DNA of 64,000 nucleotides from an uncultured Acidimicrobiales bacterium (GTDB taxonomy: Bacteria; Actinomycetota; Acidimicrobiia; Acidimicrobiales; DATKAS01), in NCBI GenBank assembly GCA_963802505.1, contig CAWDJB010000003.1:188073-252072 (forward strand), read 5' to 3'. Shown here piece after piece: positions 14,262-24,157 of the stretch. Numbering within the stretch: the stretch's first letter is position 1; the number at the start of each line of letters is the position of its first letter. A program made the position numbers and the translations under genes. The notes below the pieces were generated by a model, which made no database searches, was not told the origin of the DNA, and was given only the letters and a program-made list of their open reading frames with translations.

Positions 14262-15257
14262 TCAGCCGTACTCGACGGACGCGAACTGGCGGAGCTTGGC
14301 GATGCGATGGCGGGCCTTGATCTCGCGCACGGTGCCCGACTTGGAGCGCATGACGAGTGAGTGCGTGGTGGCGCCGCCGGCGTCGTAGTGGACGCCTTTG
14401 AGCAGGTCACCATCGGTGACACCGGTCGCGGCGAAGAAGCAATTGTCCCCCCTGACCAGGTCTTCGAGGGTCAGGATCGCGTCGAGGTCGTAGCCGGCGT
14501 CGAGGGCTGCGCGGCGCTCCTCGTCGTTGCGGGGCCAGAGCTTGCCGTAGAGGGCGCCGCCCATGCACTTGAGGGCACAGGCCGCGAGCACGCCCTCCGG
14601 CGATCCGCCGATGCCGAACAGGATGTCGGCACCCGTGTCGGGCCACGCCGTCGACATCGCTCCGGCCACGTCACCGTCTTGGATCAGGCGGACACGCGCG
14701 CCCGCCGCGCGCACTTCGCGGATGAGGTCCGCGTGGCGGTCGCGATCGAGGATCACCGCGGTGATGTCACGGATCGACTCGCCCTTCGCCTTGGCGACAG
14801 CCTCGAGGTTCGCGGCGGGCGGCGCGAGGGGATCGATCACCCCCGCAGCCTCGGCACCGACCGCGAGCTTCTCCATGTACACGCACGGGCCGGGGTTGAA
14901 CATCGTGCCCCGCTCGCTCACACCGATGACGGCGAGCGCGTTGCCTCGGCCTTGCGCAGTCGGAGTGGTGCCCTCGAGGGGATCGACCGCGATGTCGGTG
15001 AGCGGGGGAGTGCCGTCGCCGATGCGCTCGCCGTTGTAGAGCATCGGTGCTTCGTCCTTCTCGCCCTCACCGATGACGACGATGCCGTCCATCGGGACGG
15101 TGGGCAGCACGGTGCGCATCGCGGCGACCGCAGCCCCGTCGGCGCCGTTCTTGTCGCCCCTGCCCATCCAGCGTGAGGCGGCCATCGCGGCTGCTTCGGT
15201 GACCCGGACCAGCTCCATGGCGAGGTTGCGGTCTGGGGTCTGCGGTGTGGCCTCCAC
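14262..15257 (-). CDS. glpX: Class II fructose-1,6-bisphosphatase
   Basis: [36 protein letters not shown] and [12 protein letters not shown]. Start placed at GTG 15257, 8 nt after TACGTT. Confidence 0.96.
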   Translation of the reverse strand: MEATPQTPDRNLAMELVRVTEAAAMAASRWMGRGDKNGADGAAVAAMRTVLPTVPMDGIVVIGEGEKDEAPMLYNGERIGDGTPPLTDIAVDPLEGTTPTAQGRGNALAVIGVSERGTMFNPGPCVYMEKLAVGAEAAGVIDPLAPPAANLEAVAKAKGESIRDITAVILDRDRHADLIREVRAAGARVRLIQDGDVAGAMSTAWPDTGADILFGIGGSPEGVLAACALKCMGGALYGKLWPRNDEERRAALDAGYDLDAILTLEDLVRGDNCFFAATGVTDGDLLKGVHYDAGGATTHSLVMRSKSGTVREIKARHRIAKLRQFASVEYG

Positions 15258-15289
15258 GAGCGGACAACGTACCGGGTAGCGTCCGCGTG

Positions 15290-17116
15290 GTGGCACAACG
15301 TGTGACGGCCGCGATGTGTGCGTATGGGCGCACGCTTGCGGAGCCTCGACTGTCACCCGACGGATCGCTCGTCGCGTTCGTGACCACGGTGTCCGGTCGA
15401 GGTCAGCTCGTGGTGGTGCCGGCAACCGGTGGTGCCGAGCTCGTCGTCACGTCGCAACCCGCGCCGCGGCCGTCGGTCTCGTACGGCGGAGGCGCGTTCG
15501 ACTGGATGCCCGACGGCAGCGCACTCGTGTACGCCGCGGTCGACGGCGGCCTGTGGCTCACGTCGGTCGACGGCGGTCCTCCGCGCTGCGTGCTCGCCGC
15601 GCAGCCGGCGGGCCCGGCATCGGCGCCCGCGGTCGCGCCCGATGGCACCAAGGTCACGTGCGTCATCGACAGCCACTACGTCGCGGTCGCGTCGCTCGCG
15701 GACGACGGCTCGTGGCCGATCCGCATCTCGGGCGATGCCGACTTCTGCTTCGATCCCGCGTTCACCACCGACTCGCAGTGGATCGCGTGGCAGCAGTGGC
15801 GGGTGCCCGACATGCCCTGGGACACGAGCGAGATCGCGGCGCGCCGAGCCGATGCGAGCGGCGAGATCCTGAGCGCGTTCTCGGCTGTCGATGCCCAGGC
15901 GCAGCAGGTCCGCTTCGCCCCGGGTGGGCAGCTCGCCGGCTTCCTCACCGATGTCGACGGCTTCCTGAACCTCTGGACGTTCGATCCTGACTTCAATGCC
16001 AAGCCGGTCGTGCCCGAGGCGTTCGAGCACGGCGATCCGTCGTGGGGCCCGGGCCAGCGCTCGTTCGCCTGGTCGCCCGACGGCACGCGCATCGCCTTCA
16101 ACCGCAACGAGGGTGGGTTCGGCCGCCTGTGCATCGCTGAAGTCGGGACGGGTGAGGTCGAGGTCGTCGCGAAGGGCGTGCACGGTGCGCTGAGCTGGCA
16201 GGGAGACCACCTCGCCGCGATCCGCAGCGGGGCCCGCACCCCGACCGAGATCGTCGTCTACGACGCGAAGTGGCAACGGGTGCAGGTCGCACGCGGGCCG
16301 GTCGCCGGCTTCGAGTCGGCCACGTTGGTCGAGCCCGAGCTCGTCGAGTGGGCAGGCGACGACGGCAGCGTCGTGCACGGTCGCCTCTACCGTCCGGCGA
16401 CGTCCGCGACCGGCAACGATCCTCCGCCGCTCATCTGCTCGATCCACGGCGGGCCGAGCTCGCAGAGTGGCGTGCTGTTCAACGCGCGATGGGCGTACTG
16501 GATCGATCGCGGATGGGCGATGCTCGTGCCCGACCACCGCGGCTCGACCGGCCACGGCCGCGCGTTCCTGCAGGCGATGCGCGGACGATGGGGTGACCTC
16601 GACACGTCCGATGTCGCCGCGGGCCTGCGCGCCGCGGCCGAACGGGGTTGGGCTGACCCGAAGCGCATGGTCGTGATAGGTGGGTCCGCTGGAGGGTTCA
16701 CCGTGCTCAACGTGCTCGCGCACCACCCCGACCTCTGTGCCGCGGGTGTCGATCTCTACGGCGTCGCCGACCTGCTCGAGCTCGACGAGACGACCCACCG
16801 CTTCGAGAAGCACTACCTCCACTCGATCGTCGGACCGCTTCCCGACGCCGTCGACCAATACCGCTCGCATTCCCCTGTGTCGGTCGTCGAGCAGATCACC
16901 GCGCCGCTGCTCATCCTCCAAGGCGACGCCGACGTGGTCGTGCCGCCTGCGCAGTCACAGCTGATCGCCGACCGTTTGCGCGACCTCGGACGCACAATCG
17001 AGCTGCACTTCTACGAAGGGGAAGGACACGGCTGGGCCCGCCCCGACACCGTGATCGACGAGCTCGAGCGCACCGAGGACTTCCTGCGCCGGCACGTGCT
17101 GCGGTGGCGCGCATGA
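15290..17116 (+). CDS. S9 family (prolyl oligopeptidase / acylaminoacyl peptidase-like) peptidase
   Basis: Beta-propeller repeats (LSPDG, WSPDG), IHGGP, nucleophile [15 protein letters not shown] and GEGHG. Start inferred from TAGCGT 7 nt upstream. Confidence 0.9.
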   Translation: MAQRVTAAMCAYGRTLAEPRLSPDGSLVAFVTTVSGRGQLVVVPATGGAELVVTSQPAPRPSVSYGGGAFDWMPDGSALVYAAVDGGLWLTSVDGGPPRCVLAAQPAGPASAPAVAPDGTKVTCVIDSHYVAVASLADDGSWPIRISGDADFCFDPAFTTDSQWIAWQQWRVPDMPWDTSEIAARRADASGEILSAFSAVDAQAQQVRFAPGGQLAGFLTDVDGFLNLWTFDPDFNAKPVVPEAFEHGDPSWGPGQRSFAWSPDGTRIAFNRNEGGFGRLCIAEVGTGEVEVVAKGVHGALSWQGDHLAAIRSGARTPTEIVVYDAKWQRVQVARGPVAGFESATLVEPELVEWAGDDGSVVHGRLYRPATSATGNDPPPLICSIHGGPSSQSGVLFNARWAYWIDRGWAMLVPDHRGSTGHGRAFLQAMRGRWGDLDTSDVAAGLRAAAERGWADPKRMVVIGGSAGGFTVLNVLAHHPDLCAAGVDLYGVADLLELDETTHRFEKHYLHSIVGPLPDAVDQYRSHSPVSVVEQITAPLLILQGDADVVVPPAQSQLIADRLRDLGRTIELHFYEGEGHGWARPDTVIDELERTEDFLRRHVLRWRA

Positions 17117-17925
17117 GCTCACGCATGTGTCCCGCGTGCGGAGCGCAATACCTCGGGTGGGTGACGCGCTGCGCCGACTGCGGCATCGCGCTCGTGGACG
17201 CCGGCCCGTCGGTGCTCGACCTGCCCGAAGACGACCAGCTCGTCTACGAGCTCGGCGAGTGGACGACCGCGCGCCGCACCTTGCTCGAGTCGTTGCTCGG
17301 CGCCGACGGCATCGGTCACGCCTGGGAAGCGGCCGACCTCGTCGTCCACGTCGACGACGAAGCGCGGGTCGATGCTCTGGTCGAGGCGATCGAGCAAGGG
17401 GGAGTGAAGGGCGCGGAGACCTCCGAGCAGGCGGGCCTCGAGGGCGATCAGCTCGTCTACGAGCTCGACGAGTGGAGCCCCACCGACCGCAACCAGCTGG
17501 GCGAGGAGCTGACGAAGGCAGGCGTGCCATTCGTGTGGGATGCGTCCGATTCCCTGGTCGTGGCCGCATCGGACGAGGAGGCCGTCGAGTCCATCCTCGA
17601 CGAGATCGAGTATCCCGACGCGCTCGAAACCGCCACGGACGAGACCGGCGAGGATGACGAAGCCGCACAGGAAGCTCTGTCCGAGCTGTTCCTCGCGTCC
17701 GACCGGTTGATGCACGACCCCGAGGACGAGGACGGCACGAACGGCCTCATGAAGGCCGTCGAGATCGCGACTCAGGTGGGCGTGCCCTATGGGCTCGCCC
17801 CCGCGACGTGGAAGGCCGTGGTCGACCGCGCGACCGAGCTGCGTGAGCGGCTCAACGCCGCCGACGAAGAACAGATCGTCGAGAGCGCGACCGAGCTGCG
17901 TTCGCTGCTTCGTCCCTACGTGTGA
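17113..17925 (+). CDS. Hypothetical acidic protein with an N-terminal Zn ribbon and two tandem DUF2007-like repeats
   Basis: CPACG..Y..CADCG, two DQLVYEL.EW...DE..V..L...IE repeats and a helical C-terminus. ATGA overlap with the peptidase gene. Confidence 0.75.
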   Translation: MSSRMCPACGAQYLGWVTRCADCGIALVDAGPSVLDLPEDDQLVYELGEWTTARRTLLESLLGADGIGHAWEAADLVVHVDDEARVDALVEAIEQGGVKGAETSEQAGLEGDQLVYELDEWSPTDRNQLGEELTKAGVPFVWDASDSLVVAASDEEAVESILDEIEYPDALETATDETGEDDEAAQEALSELFLASDRLMHDPEDEDGTNGLMKAVEIATQVGVPYGLAPATWKAVVDRATELRERLNAADEEQIVESATELRSLLRPYV

Positions 17926-17938
17926 ACGGCGGTGCTCG

Positions 17939-18637
17939 GTGACGGTTCTCGCCGAGCTGGTCGTGTGGCACTCGCGCCCGTTCTCGCCGACTCGACGAGT
18001 CGCGCTCGGTGACAGCGACCTCCCGACCGAGCCGCCGCCCGGCTTCGGAGGCATCTTGCTCGGGGCGGTCGTCGCGGCACACATGGGTGCGCTCGACCCG
18101 GATCTGCAGCCCGAGCTCCATCGCCTGATCGCCGACGTCGAGCGCGGGCAGCGCATCGTGCAGCCTCGCCTGCGTCATCGCTTCCAGACCGACCGCGTCG
18201 GCTTGTCGAGCAGCCAGCACCGACTGATCGGGATCGGTGAGGGGATCGAATTCGAGTTCGACACCAAGGGCTCGGCGGCGCAACAAGTGCTCGGCGCGGT
18301 GTACGCGGCGGCAACCGTGCCCCGGACCGCGCGGCACTCGGTTGCGACCGCACTCCACAAGGCGATGCGTTGGAACGGCCCGCTCGGCCCGTCGTTCGTG
18401 AGCTACCTCTCAGGCGCGGGAGGCGCGCGGGCGTGGTCGGCGCGCGCGTTCGCGGACCCCGTCGCGTGGGCGCTCGAGGTCCTGGGTCTGTCGGAGCCGT
18501 CGCCCGATCGCCAGCAGGTGATTGCGAGCTTTCGCGCGCGCCTGCGCGAGGTGCATCCCGATCACGGCGGTTCAGCGGACGATGCCGGTCAGCGCATCCT
18601 CGATCTCACCGAAGCACGGAGGATCCTTCTCGGATGA
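17939..18637 (+). CDS. C-terminal J-domain (DnaJ-like) protein with an uncharacterised N-terminal domain
   Basis: ALEVLGL...FRARLREVHPDHGG...LTEARRIL with the HPD motif. Confidence 0.8.
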   Translation: MTVLAELVVWHSRPFSPTRRVALGDSDLPTEPPPGFGGILLGAVVAAHMGALDPDLQPELHRLIADVERGQRIVQPRLRHRFQTDRVGLSSSQHRLIGIGEGIEFEFDTKGSAAQQVLGAVYAAATVPRTARHSVATALHKAMRWNGPLGPSFVSYLSGAGGARAWSARAFADPVAWALEVLGLSEPSPDRQQVIASFRARLREVHPDHGGSADDAGQRILDLTEARRILLG

Positions 18638-19215
18638 CTGCGGGCGCCCTGCTCCTGTTTCCCGGTGCCGGCAGCAGCCGCACGCATCCGTCGCTCGTGG
18701 CGATCGAGGGTGCCGTCGAGCCGATGCCGGTCGTGCGGGCCGACTTCCCGTATCGGAAGGCGGGACGCTCCGGTCCCGATCGTCCGCCGGTGCTGCTCGC
18801 GACCGTGCGCGAGGAGGCAGCCGCGCTGGTCGCCGAGGCGCACATCCGAGCCAATCGTCTCGCGCTCGGCGGCCGCTCGATGGGAGGACGCATCTGCTCG
18901 ATGGCCGTCGCCGACGGTCTGCCCTCGGCCGGCCTGGTGCTGATCTCCTACCCGTTGCATCCGCCGGGGAAGGCCGAGCAGCTGAGGGTCGAGCACCTGC
19001 CCCGCATCGAAGTGCCCTGCCTCTTCATCTCGGGCACGAGCGATCCGTTCGGCACGCCCGAGGAGCTCGAGCGCGCGACAGCGACCATCCCGGGTGCCGT
19101 CGAGCACGTCTGGATCGAGGGCGGCCGCCACGAGCTGAAGGGCAAGGACGGGGAGATCGCGGCCGTCGTCGCTCGGTGGCTCAAGGGGTCGAAGCGACCG
19201 CGTCCTCGGGGTTGA
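18634..19215 (+). CDS. Small alpha/beta hydrolase (KANSL3 / dienelactone hydrolase-like family)
   Basis: GGRSMGGR nucleophile elbow, YPLHPPGK, GTSDPFG and GGRHEL. ATGA overlap with the upstream gene. Confidence 0.87.
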   Translation: MTAGALLLFPGAGSSRTHPSLVAIEGAVEPMPVVRADFPYRKAGRSGPDRPPVLLATVREEAAALVAEAHIRANRLALGGRSMGGRICSMAVADGLPSAGLVLISYPLHPPGKAEQLRVEHLPRIEVPCLFISGTSDPFGTPEELERATATIPGAVEHVWIEGGRHELKGKDGEIAAVVARWLKGSKRPRPRG

Positions 19216-20665
19216 TGTCCTCGAGCTCGCGGTGTGCGGTCTCGGGGTAGAGCGTGAGCACCAGCATGCACACGATCAGCGGTCCGACGGCGAGGAGCGC
19301 CATCCCGGGTGCGAACCGCTCCCAGCGATCGGACAGCGCGCCGGCCGCGACGAGCCCGATGCCGCTGCCGATGAGCGCGAGCACCGTGATCGCGGCGTTG
19401 GCTCGTCCACGCAGCGACGTCGGGAAGAGCTCGGCGCTGTAGACGCCGAGCGCGGGCACCGCTGCGGCACCGACGATCGCGCCGATCGTCGAGGCGAGCC
19501 ACATCGTCCAGCCGCTTGCGAAGAAGAACCAGACGGTGCAGATCGTGCCGCCGAACAGCGCGACCGAGCCGACGATGCGGCGGCCGCGCATGTCGGCGAG
19601 CCGGCCTCCCGCGATGATGCCGATGCCGCCGGGCGTGTTGGTCAGCAGGGTGAGCAGTGAGATGCGGCTCGCGCTGAACCCACGCTCGTTCTTGAGATAG
19701 CGGTTCTGGAACGCCGAGGCGGGTGCGACGAACAGGTTGAGGAGCATCCCCGACGCAGCGAGCAGCCAGAACCGGCCCGCGTGACCGGAGAACTTCGCGT
19801 CGGCATGGGGCGCCTCGTAGCGGCGGCTCTCGTGCAGCCGGCGGCTCACGCCGGGCACGAGGAGCAGACCGAGGAGGGGCACGACGTACACGAGCCGCCA
19901 TCCTTTGATCCCGATGTCGGCGAGGGGGAGCGCGACGACGCACGCGCCCGCGCCGAGCGCGGTGGCCATCGCGAGGAGGCTGATCGCGTACGCACGCGAT
20001 CCGGCGGGCATCTCCTCGACGACGACGACCGCGACGAGGATCCCGAGCGCCATCGCCAGTGGCCTCGCGATCGTCTGCGACGCCGTGAGCCACGCGAGTG
20101 ACGGGACCAGCGCACCGGTCGCGGCGACGATCGGGCTGGCGACGGCCAGGGCGAGGATCAGGCGACGGCGACCCTGTCGGTCGGCCATTCCTCCGATCAC
20201 CAGCGCGAGGACGACTCCACAGCGCACGATCGCGAGCGACACGCCCTGGGCTCGATCACTCGATCCGAACTCGTCGGCTGCGAACGCGATCGTCTGGGTG
20301 AGCAGCGTGTTCAGGTAGCCGACGATCAGCGACACCGCGCACAGCACACCGAGCGCGGTCGAGGCGCGGGCATCGAGACGATCGGGCGGTGCCCACCACG
20401 GCACACTGCCGGTCGTGCCGCGGGTCTGGAGAGACCGCCGCACGAGCGGCGCGAACAGAAAGCCGAAGTACGGCACCGCGAGCGAGTAGTCGATGACCTC
20501 GACAGTCAGCGAGCCATCGGACTCGACGACTCGGCGATAGGAGATGAATGGACCGCCGTCGGCGGCGAACGAGCCGTCGGGCTCGCGGACCTCGCGCACG
20601 ACGTCATCGCGCGGCTCGAGAAGGTCAGTCGGCGGATCGGCGAAGCGGTTGACGATGCGGGACAC
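19181..20665 (-). CDS. MFS transporter with an extra N-terminal soluble domain
   Basis: About 12 TM helices with motif A ([19 protein letters not shown]) and ELFPTSLRG. About 95-aa N-terminal extension. Confidence 0.87.
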   Translation of the reverse strand: MSRIVNRFADPPTDLLEPRDDVVREVREPDGSFAADGGPFISYRRVVESDGSLTVEVIDYSLAVPYFGFLFAPLVRRSLQTRGTTGSVPWWAPPDRLDARASTALGVLCAVSLIVGYLNTLLTQTIAFAADEFGSSDRAQGVSLAIVRCGVVLALVIGGMADRQGRRRLILALAVASPIVAATGALVPSLAWLTASQTIARPLAMALGILVAVVVVEEMPAGSRAYAISLLAMATALGAGACVVALPLADIGIKGWRLVYVVPLLGLLLVPGVSRRLHESRRYEAPHADAKFSGHAGRFWLLAASGMLLNLFVAPASAFQNRYLKNERGFSASRISLLTLLTNTPGGIGIIAGGRLADMRGRRIVGSVALFGGTICTVWFFFASGWTMWLASTIGAIVGAAAVPALGVYSAELFPTSLRGRANAAITVLALIGSGIGLVAAGALSDRWERFAPGMALLAVGPLIVCMLVLTLYPETAHRELEDINPEDAVASTP

Positions 20666-20736
20666 CGGCTTCGGTGCTCCTCAGCAAGCGGGCTTGTGGC
20701 ACGGGACTGCCGACGAGCGTCGAGCATACTGACGGC

Positions 20737-21987
20737 ATGGATCGGATCCTGGTGCGGCCCCACGGGCCACTCACCGGTGAAGTCTCCATCTCAGGAGCGA
20801 AGAACTCTGCGCTGCTGCTGATGGCGGCGACGCTGCTCGCACCGGGAGAGCACATCCTCACCAACGTCCCTCGCATCGCGGACGTCGCCACGATGGCCGA
20901 GCTGCTCGGAGCGATCGGTGTCGAGTGCGCGCGTGAAGGCACCACGATCAGCCTCCGCACGCCGAACGAGATCCACCCCGAGGCGCCCTATCACTTGGTC
21001 GAGCGGATGCGGGCGTCGATCGGCGTGCTCGGTCCCTTGCTCGCCCGGTGTGGTGAGGCCCGCGTCGCCCTCCCGGGTGGGGACGACTTCGGTTCGCGGC
21101 CGATCGACATGCACCTGTCGGGTCTCGAGGCCCTCGGGGCGACCTTCGAGCTCGAGCACGGCTATGTCAGCGGCTTCGCCGACGGGCTTCGCGGCGCGGC
21201 GGTGACGCTCGAGTTCCCGAGCGTCGGCGCGACCGAGAACATCCTCATGGCGGCCGCGCTCGCCAAGGGCACGACCGTCCTCGACAACGCCGCACGCGAG
21301 CCCGAGATCTCGGACCTCGCCGACCTCCTCAACGCGATGGGAGCGCACATCGAGGGCGCGGGAACGTCGACGATCGAGGTCGAGGGGGTCGACGAGCTGC
21401 ACGCCGCGAAGCACGAGACGATCCCCGATCGCGTCGAGGCCGCGACCTACCTCGCGGCTGTCGCGATCACGGGCGGCGAGGTGCTGCTCCGGAACGCGCG
21501 CGCCGACCACATGGAGATGTACATCCGAAAGCTCACCGACATGGGCGTGACCGTGACGCCGACGCTCGACGGCGTGTGGGCCCGCGGTCCCAAACGCCTG
21601 ACTTCGGTCGACGTGTCGACTCTCCCGTACCCGGGTGTCGCGACGGACTACAAGCCACTCTTCACCGTGATGCTCGCGGTCGCCGACGGCGTCGGCATCG
21701 TGACCGAGAACCTCTTCGCCGGTCGGTTCCGCTACGTCGACGAGCTCGCCCGCATGGGCGCCGACGTGCGCACGGACGCGCACCATGCGGTCGTGCGCGG
21801 GCGCCCGCGGCTGTCGGGTGCGCCGGTGCGGGCACCCGACATCCGGGCCGGCGCGGCCCTCGTCGTTGCGGGGCTCGTCGCCGAGGGCGAGACCGAAGTG
21901 TCCGGGGTCAGCCACATCGACCGCGGCTACGAGGACTTCGTGGGCAAGCTCTCCTCCCTCGGCGCCGACATCGAGCGGCCTGACTGA
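20737..21987 (+). CDS. murA: UDP-N-acetylglucosamine 1-carboxyvinyltransferase
   Basis: [35 protein letters not shown] and [14 protein letters not shown] -10 box 6 nt upstream. Confidence 0.97.
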   Translation: MDRILVRPHGPLTGEVSISGAKNSALLLMAATLLAPGEHILTNVPRIADVATMAELLGAIGVECAREGTTISLRTPNEIHPEAPYHLVERMRASIGVLGPLLARCGEARVALPGGDDFGSRPIDMHLSGLEALGATFELEHGYVSGFADGLRGAAVTLEFPSVGATENILMAAALAKGTTVLDNAAREPEISDLADLLNAMGAHIEGAGTSTIEVEGVDELHAAKHETIPDRVEAATYLAAVAITGGEVLLRNARADHMEMYIRKLTDMGVTVTPTLDGVWARGPKRLTSVDVSTLPYPGVATDYKPLFTVMLAVADGVGIVTENLFAGRFRYVDELARMGADVRTDAHHAVVRGRPRLSGAPVRAPDIRAGAALVVAGLVAEGETEVSGVSHIDRGYEDFVGKLSSLGADIERPD

Positions 21988-22008
21988 CCGACGGGAAGAT
22001 CGACGGCG

Positions 22009-22034
22009 GGAACATCGAGGCTGGTAGCGGGGTT
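22009..22034 (+). promoter_or_regulatory. SigR/SigH-type ECF sigma promoter
   Basis: GGAAC-N18-GTT directly upstream of the NifU-family gene. Confidence 0.55.
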
Positions 22035-22073
22035 TGCCACACTGTCAGTTCTCTCTTCTGAAGGGCTTTGCGC

Positions 22074-22298
22074 GTGCGCCAGCTGGTCGAGCAGACAATC
22101 GAAGCCATCCGGCCGGCGTTGCAGGCCGACGGCGGCGACATGTTCTTGCGCGACGTCGACGAGGAGACCGGTGTCGTCACCGTGAGCCTCATGGGCGCCT
22201 GCGGGACCTGCCCTGCCAGCACTGCGACCCTCAAGGCGGGCATCGAGCGGATCATGAAGGATCGCGTCGAGGGCGTCACCGCGGTCGTTGCGGAGTAG
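22074..22298 (+). CDS. NifU/NfuA C-terminal domain Fe-S cluster carrier
   Basis: IRPALQADGGD...GACGTCPAS..TLKAGIE. Start is GTG 22074 or TTG 22068. Confidence 0.92.
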   Translation: MRQLVEQTIEAIRPALQADGGDMFLRDVDEETGVVTVSLMGACGTCPASTATLKAGIERIMKDRVEGVTAVVAE

Positions 22299-22328
22299 CG
22301 GCACCTGACTCGTTAGGGTGCGGGCGCC

Positions 22329-23276
22329 GTGCGTCACCGAGACCCTGCAGAGCTGCTCACCGCTGCCCGTTCGGGTGATCGCGGCGCGACGGCCCGCCTC
22401 CTGTCGATGGTCGAGCAGGGCGGCTCCGACGCCCGGGATGTCGGCCGGCTCGCCTATCCGCTCGGCGGCAACGCCTACACCGTCGGGCTCACCGGGGCGC
22501 CAGGTGCGGGGAAGTCGACGCTCACGAGCCAGCTCATCGCTCTCATCCGCGGCACGGGATCCGAAGTCGCGGTGCTCGCCATCGACCCGTCCTCCCCGTT
22601 CTCGGGCGGAGCGATCCTCGGCGACCGGGTGCGCATGCAGGACCACGCCACCGACTCCGGGGTGTTCATCCGCTCGATGGCGACACGCGGGCACCTCGGG
22701 GGGCTCGCCCTTGCCGCACCCGAGGCGATTCGGTTGCTCGACGCCGTCGGCAAGCCGTGGATCCTCGTCGAGACCGTGGGCGTCGGGCAGGTCGAGGTCG
22801 AGATCGCCGGCGAAGCGGACACCACGGTCGTCGTCGTGAACCCCGGATGGGGCGACGCGGTCCAGGCGAACAAGGCCGGCCTGCTCGAGATCGGCGACGT
22901 GTTCGTGATCAACAAGGCCGACCGAACCGGCGTCGCGGAGACCCGGCGCGACCTCGAGCAGATGCTCGACCTCTCCGCCGTCAGCGACTGGCGGCCGCCG
23001 ATCGTGCCCACCGTGGCGTCGCGTGACGAGGGCACGTTCGAGCTCTGGGACGCGGTGCTCGCGCATCGCGCTCACCTCGTCGAGACCGGCCAGCTCGAGA
23101 AGCGACGGGAGCGGCGGCTCGCGCGCGAGCTCGAGGAGATCGTGATCCGAAGGCTCGAGGAGCGGGCCCGCACCCTGCTGCGAGGCGCGACCTACGACGA
23201 GCTCTACGTCGACGTGCTCGCGCGGCGCACGGATCCGTGGTCGGCCTCCGAGCGTCTGCTCGACGCGCTCGACTGA
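22329..23276 (+). CDS. meaB: Methylmalonyl-CoA mutase-associated GTPase MeaB/ArgK
   Basis: GAPGAGKST, DPSSPFSGGAILGDRVRM, ETVGVGQ and NKAD. Confidence 0.95.
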   Translation: MRHRDPAELLTAARSGDRGATARLLSMVEQGGSDARDVGRLAYPLGGNAYTVGLTGAPGAGKSTLTSQLIALIRGTGSEVAVLAIDPSSPFSGGAILGDRVRMQDHATDSGVFIRSMATRGHLGGLALAAPEAIRLLDAVGKPWILVETVGVGQVEVEIAGEADTTVVVVNPGWGDAVQANKAGLLEIGDVFVINKADRTGVAETRRDLEQMLDLSAVSDWRPPIVPTVASRDEGTFELWDAVLAHRAHLVETGQLEKRRERRLARELEEIVIRRLEERARTLLRGATYDELYVDVLARRTDPWSASERLLDALD

Positions 23277-23299
23277 TCCCTCGCCTACTGTCCGGCCGC

Positions 23300-24082
23300 A
23301 TGGCCGACGAACCAGCACTCGTCCGCGTCGAGCGTCGGGCTGACGGGGTGGCCGTCGTGACGCTCGACAACCCGAAAGTCAACGCGCTGTCCTCTGCACT
23401 GCTCACGCAGCTGAAGGCGGTCGCCGAGGACCTGCACGCGAACCCACCTGGCGCGGTCGTGATCACGGGCGGCGACCGCGTGTTCGCCGCGGGTGCGGAC
23501 ATCTCCGAGTTCGGCGGCCCGCATGAAGCCGCGGTGATCGGAGGGCACTTCGTCGCCACACTCGATGCGGTCGCGTCGATCCCTCGCATGGTGATCGCAG
23601 CGGTCTCGGGCTATGCGCTCGGCGGAGGGTGCGAGGTCGCGCTCGCGTGCGACTTGCGCATCGTCTCGGAGAAGGCGAGGTTCGGTCAGCCCGAGATCCT
23701 GCTCGGCATCATCCCGGGCGGGGGCGGCACCCAACGGCTTGCTCGACTGGTCGGCGCGTCGCGCGCGAAGGACATCATCCTCAGCGGACGACAAGTCGAC
23801 GCCGAGGAGGCTCTGCGGATCGGGCTCGCCGACGAGGTCGTCGCCCCGGAGGCCCTGCACGACCGCGCGTTCGAGCGGGCGGCCGAGCTCGCCAGGGGCG
23901 CGCTCGCCGCTCAGGCGCTCGCGAAGCGGGCGATCGACGGCGGTCTCGATCTCGCGCTCGCCGACGGCCTCCAGCTCGAGCAAGAGAACTTCGTCGAGGT
24001 CTTCCGCACCGAGGACTCGCAGGTCGGCGTGAAGTCGTTCCTCGAGAGCGGCCCCGGCAAGGCCGCTTTCACCGGACACTGA
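23300..24082 (+). CDS. Enoyl-CoA hydratase/isomerase
   Basis: FAAGADISE, ALGGGCE and PEILLGIIPGGGGTQRL (both catalytic Glu present). Confidence 0.93.
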   Translation: MADEPALVRVERRADGVAVVTLDNPKVNALSSALLTQLKAVAEDLHANPPGAVVITGGDRVFAAGADISEFGGPHEAAVIGGHFVATLDAVASIPRMVIAAVSGYALGGGCEVALACDLRIVSEKARFGQPEILLGIIPGGGGTQRLARLVGASRAKDIILSGRQVDAEEALRIGLADEVVAPEALHDRAFERAAELARGALAAQALAKRAIDGGLDLALADGLQLEQENFVEVFRTEDSQVGVKSFLESGPGKAAFTGH

Positions 24083-24092
24083 GCGACCTGAC

Positions 24093-24149
24093 GCTGGTTC
24101 TCTTGGCGCGTGGGGGTCTCTGAGACCACGTGGCGCCAAGAAAACCAGC
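24093..24149. terminator. Long imperfect hairpin between convergent genes (bidirectional terminator or REP-like element)
   Basis: GCTGGTTCTCTTGGCGC...GGTCTC-T-GAGACC...GCGCCAAGAAAACCAGC. Confidence 0.6.
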
Positions 24150-24157
24150 CAGTCGGG

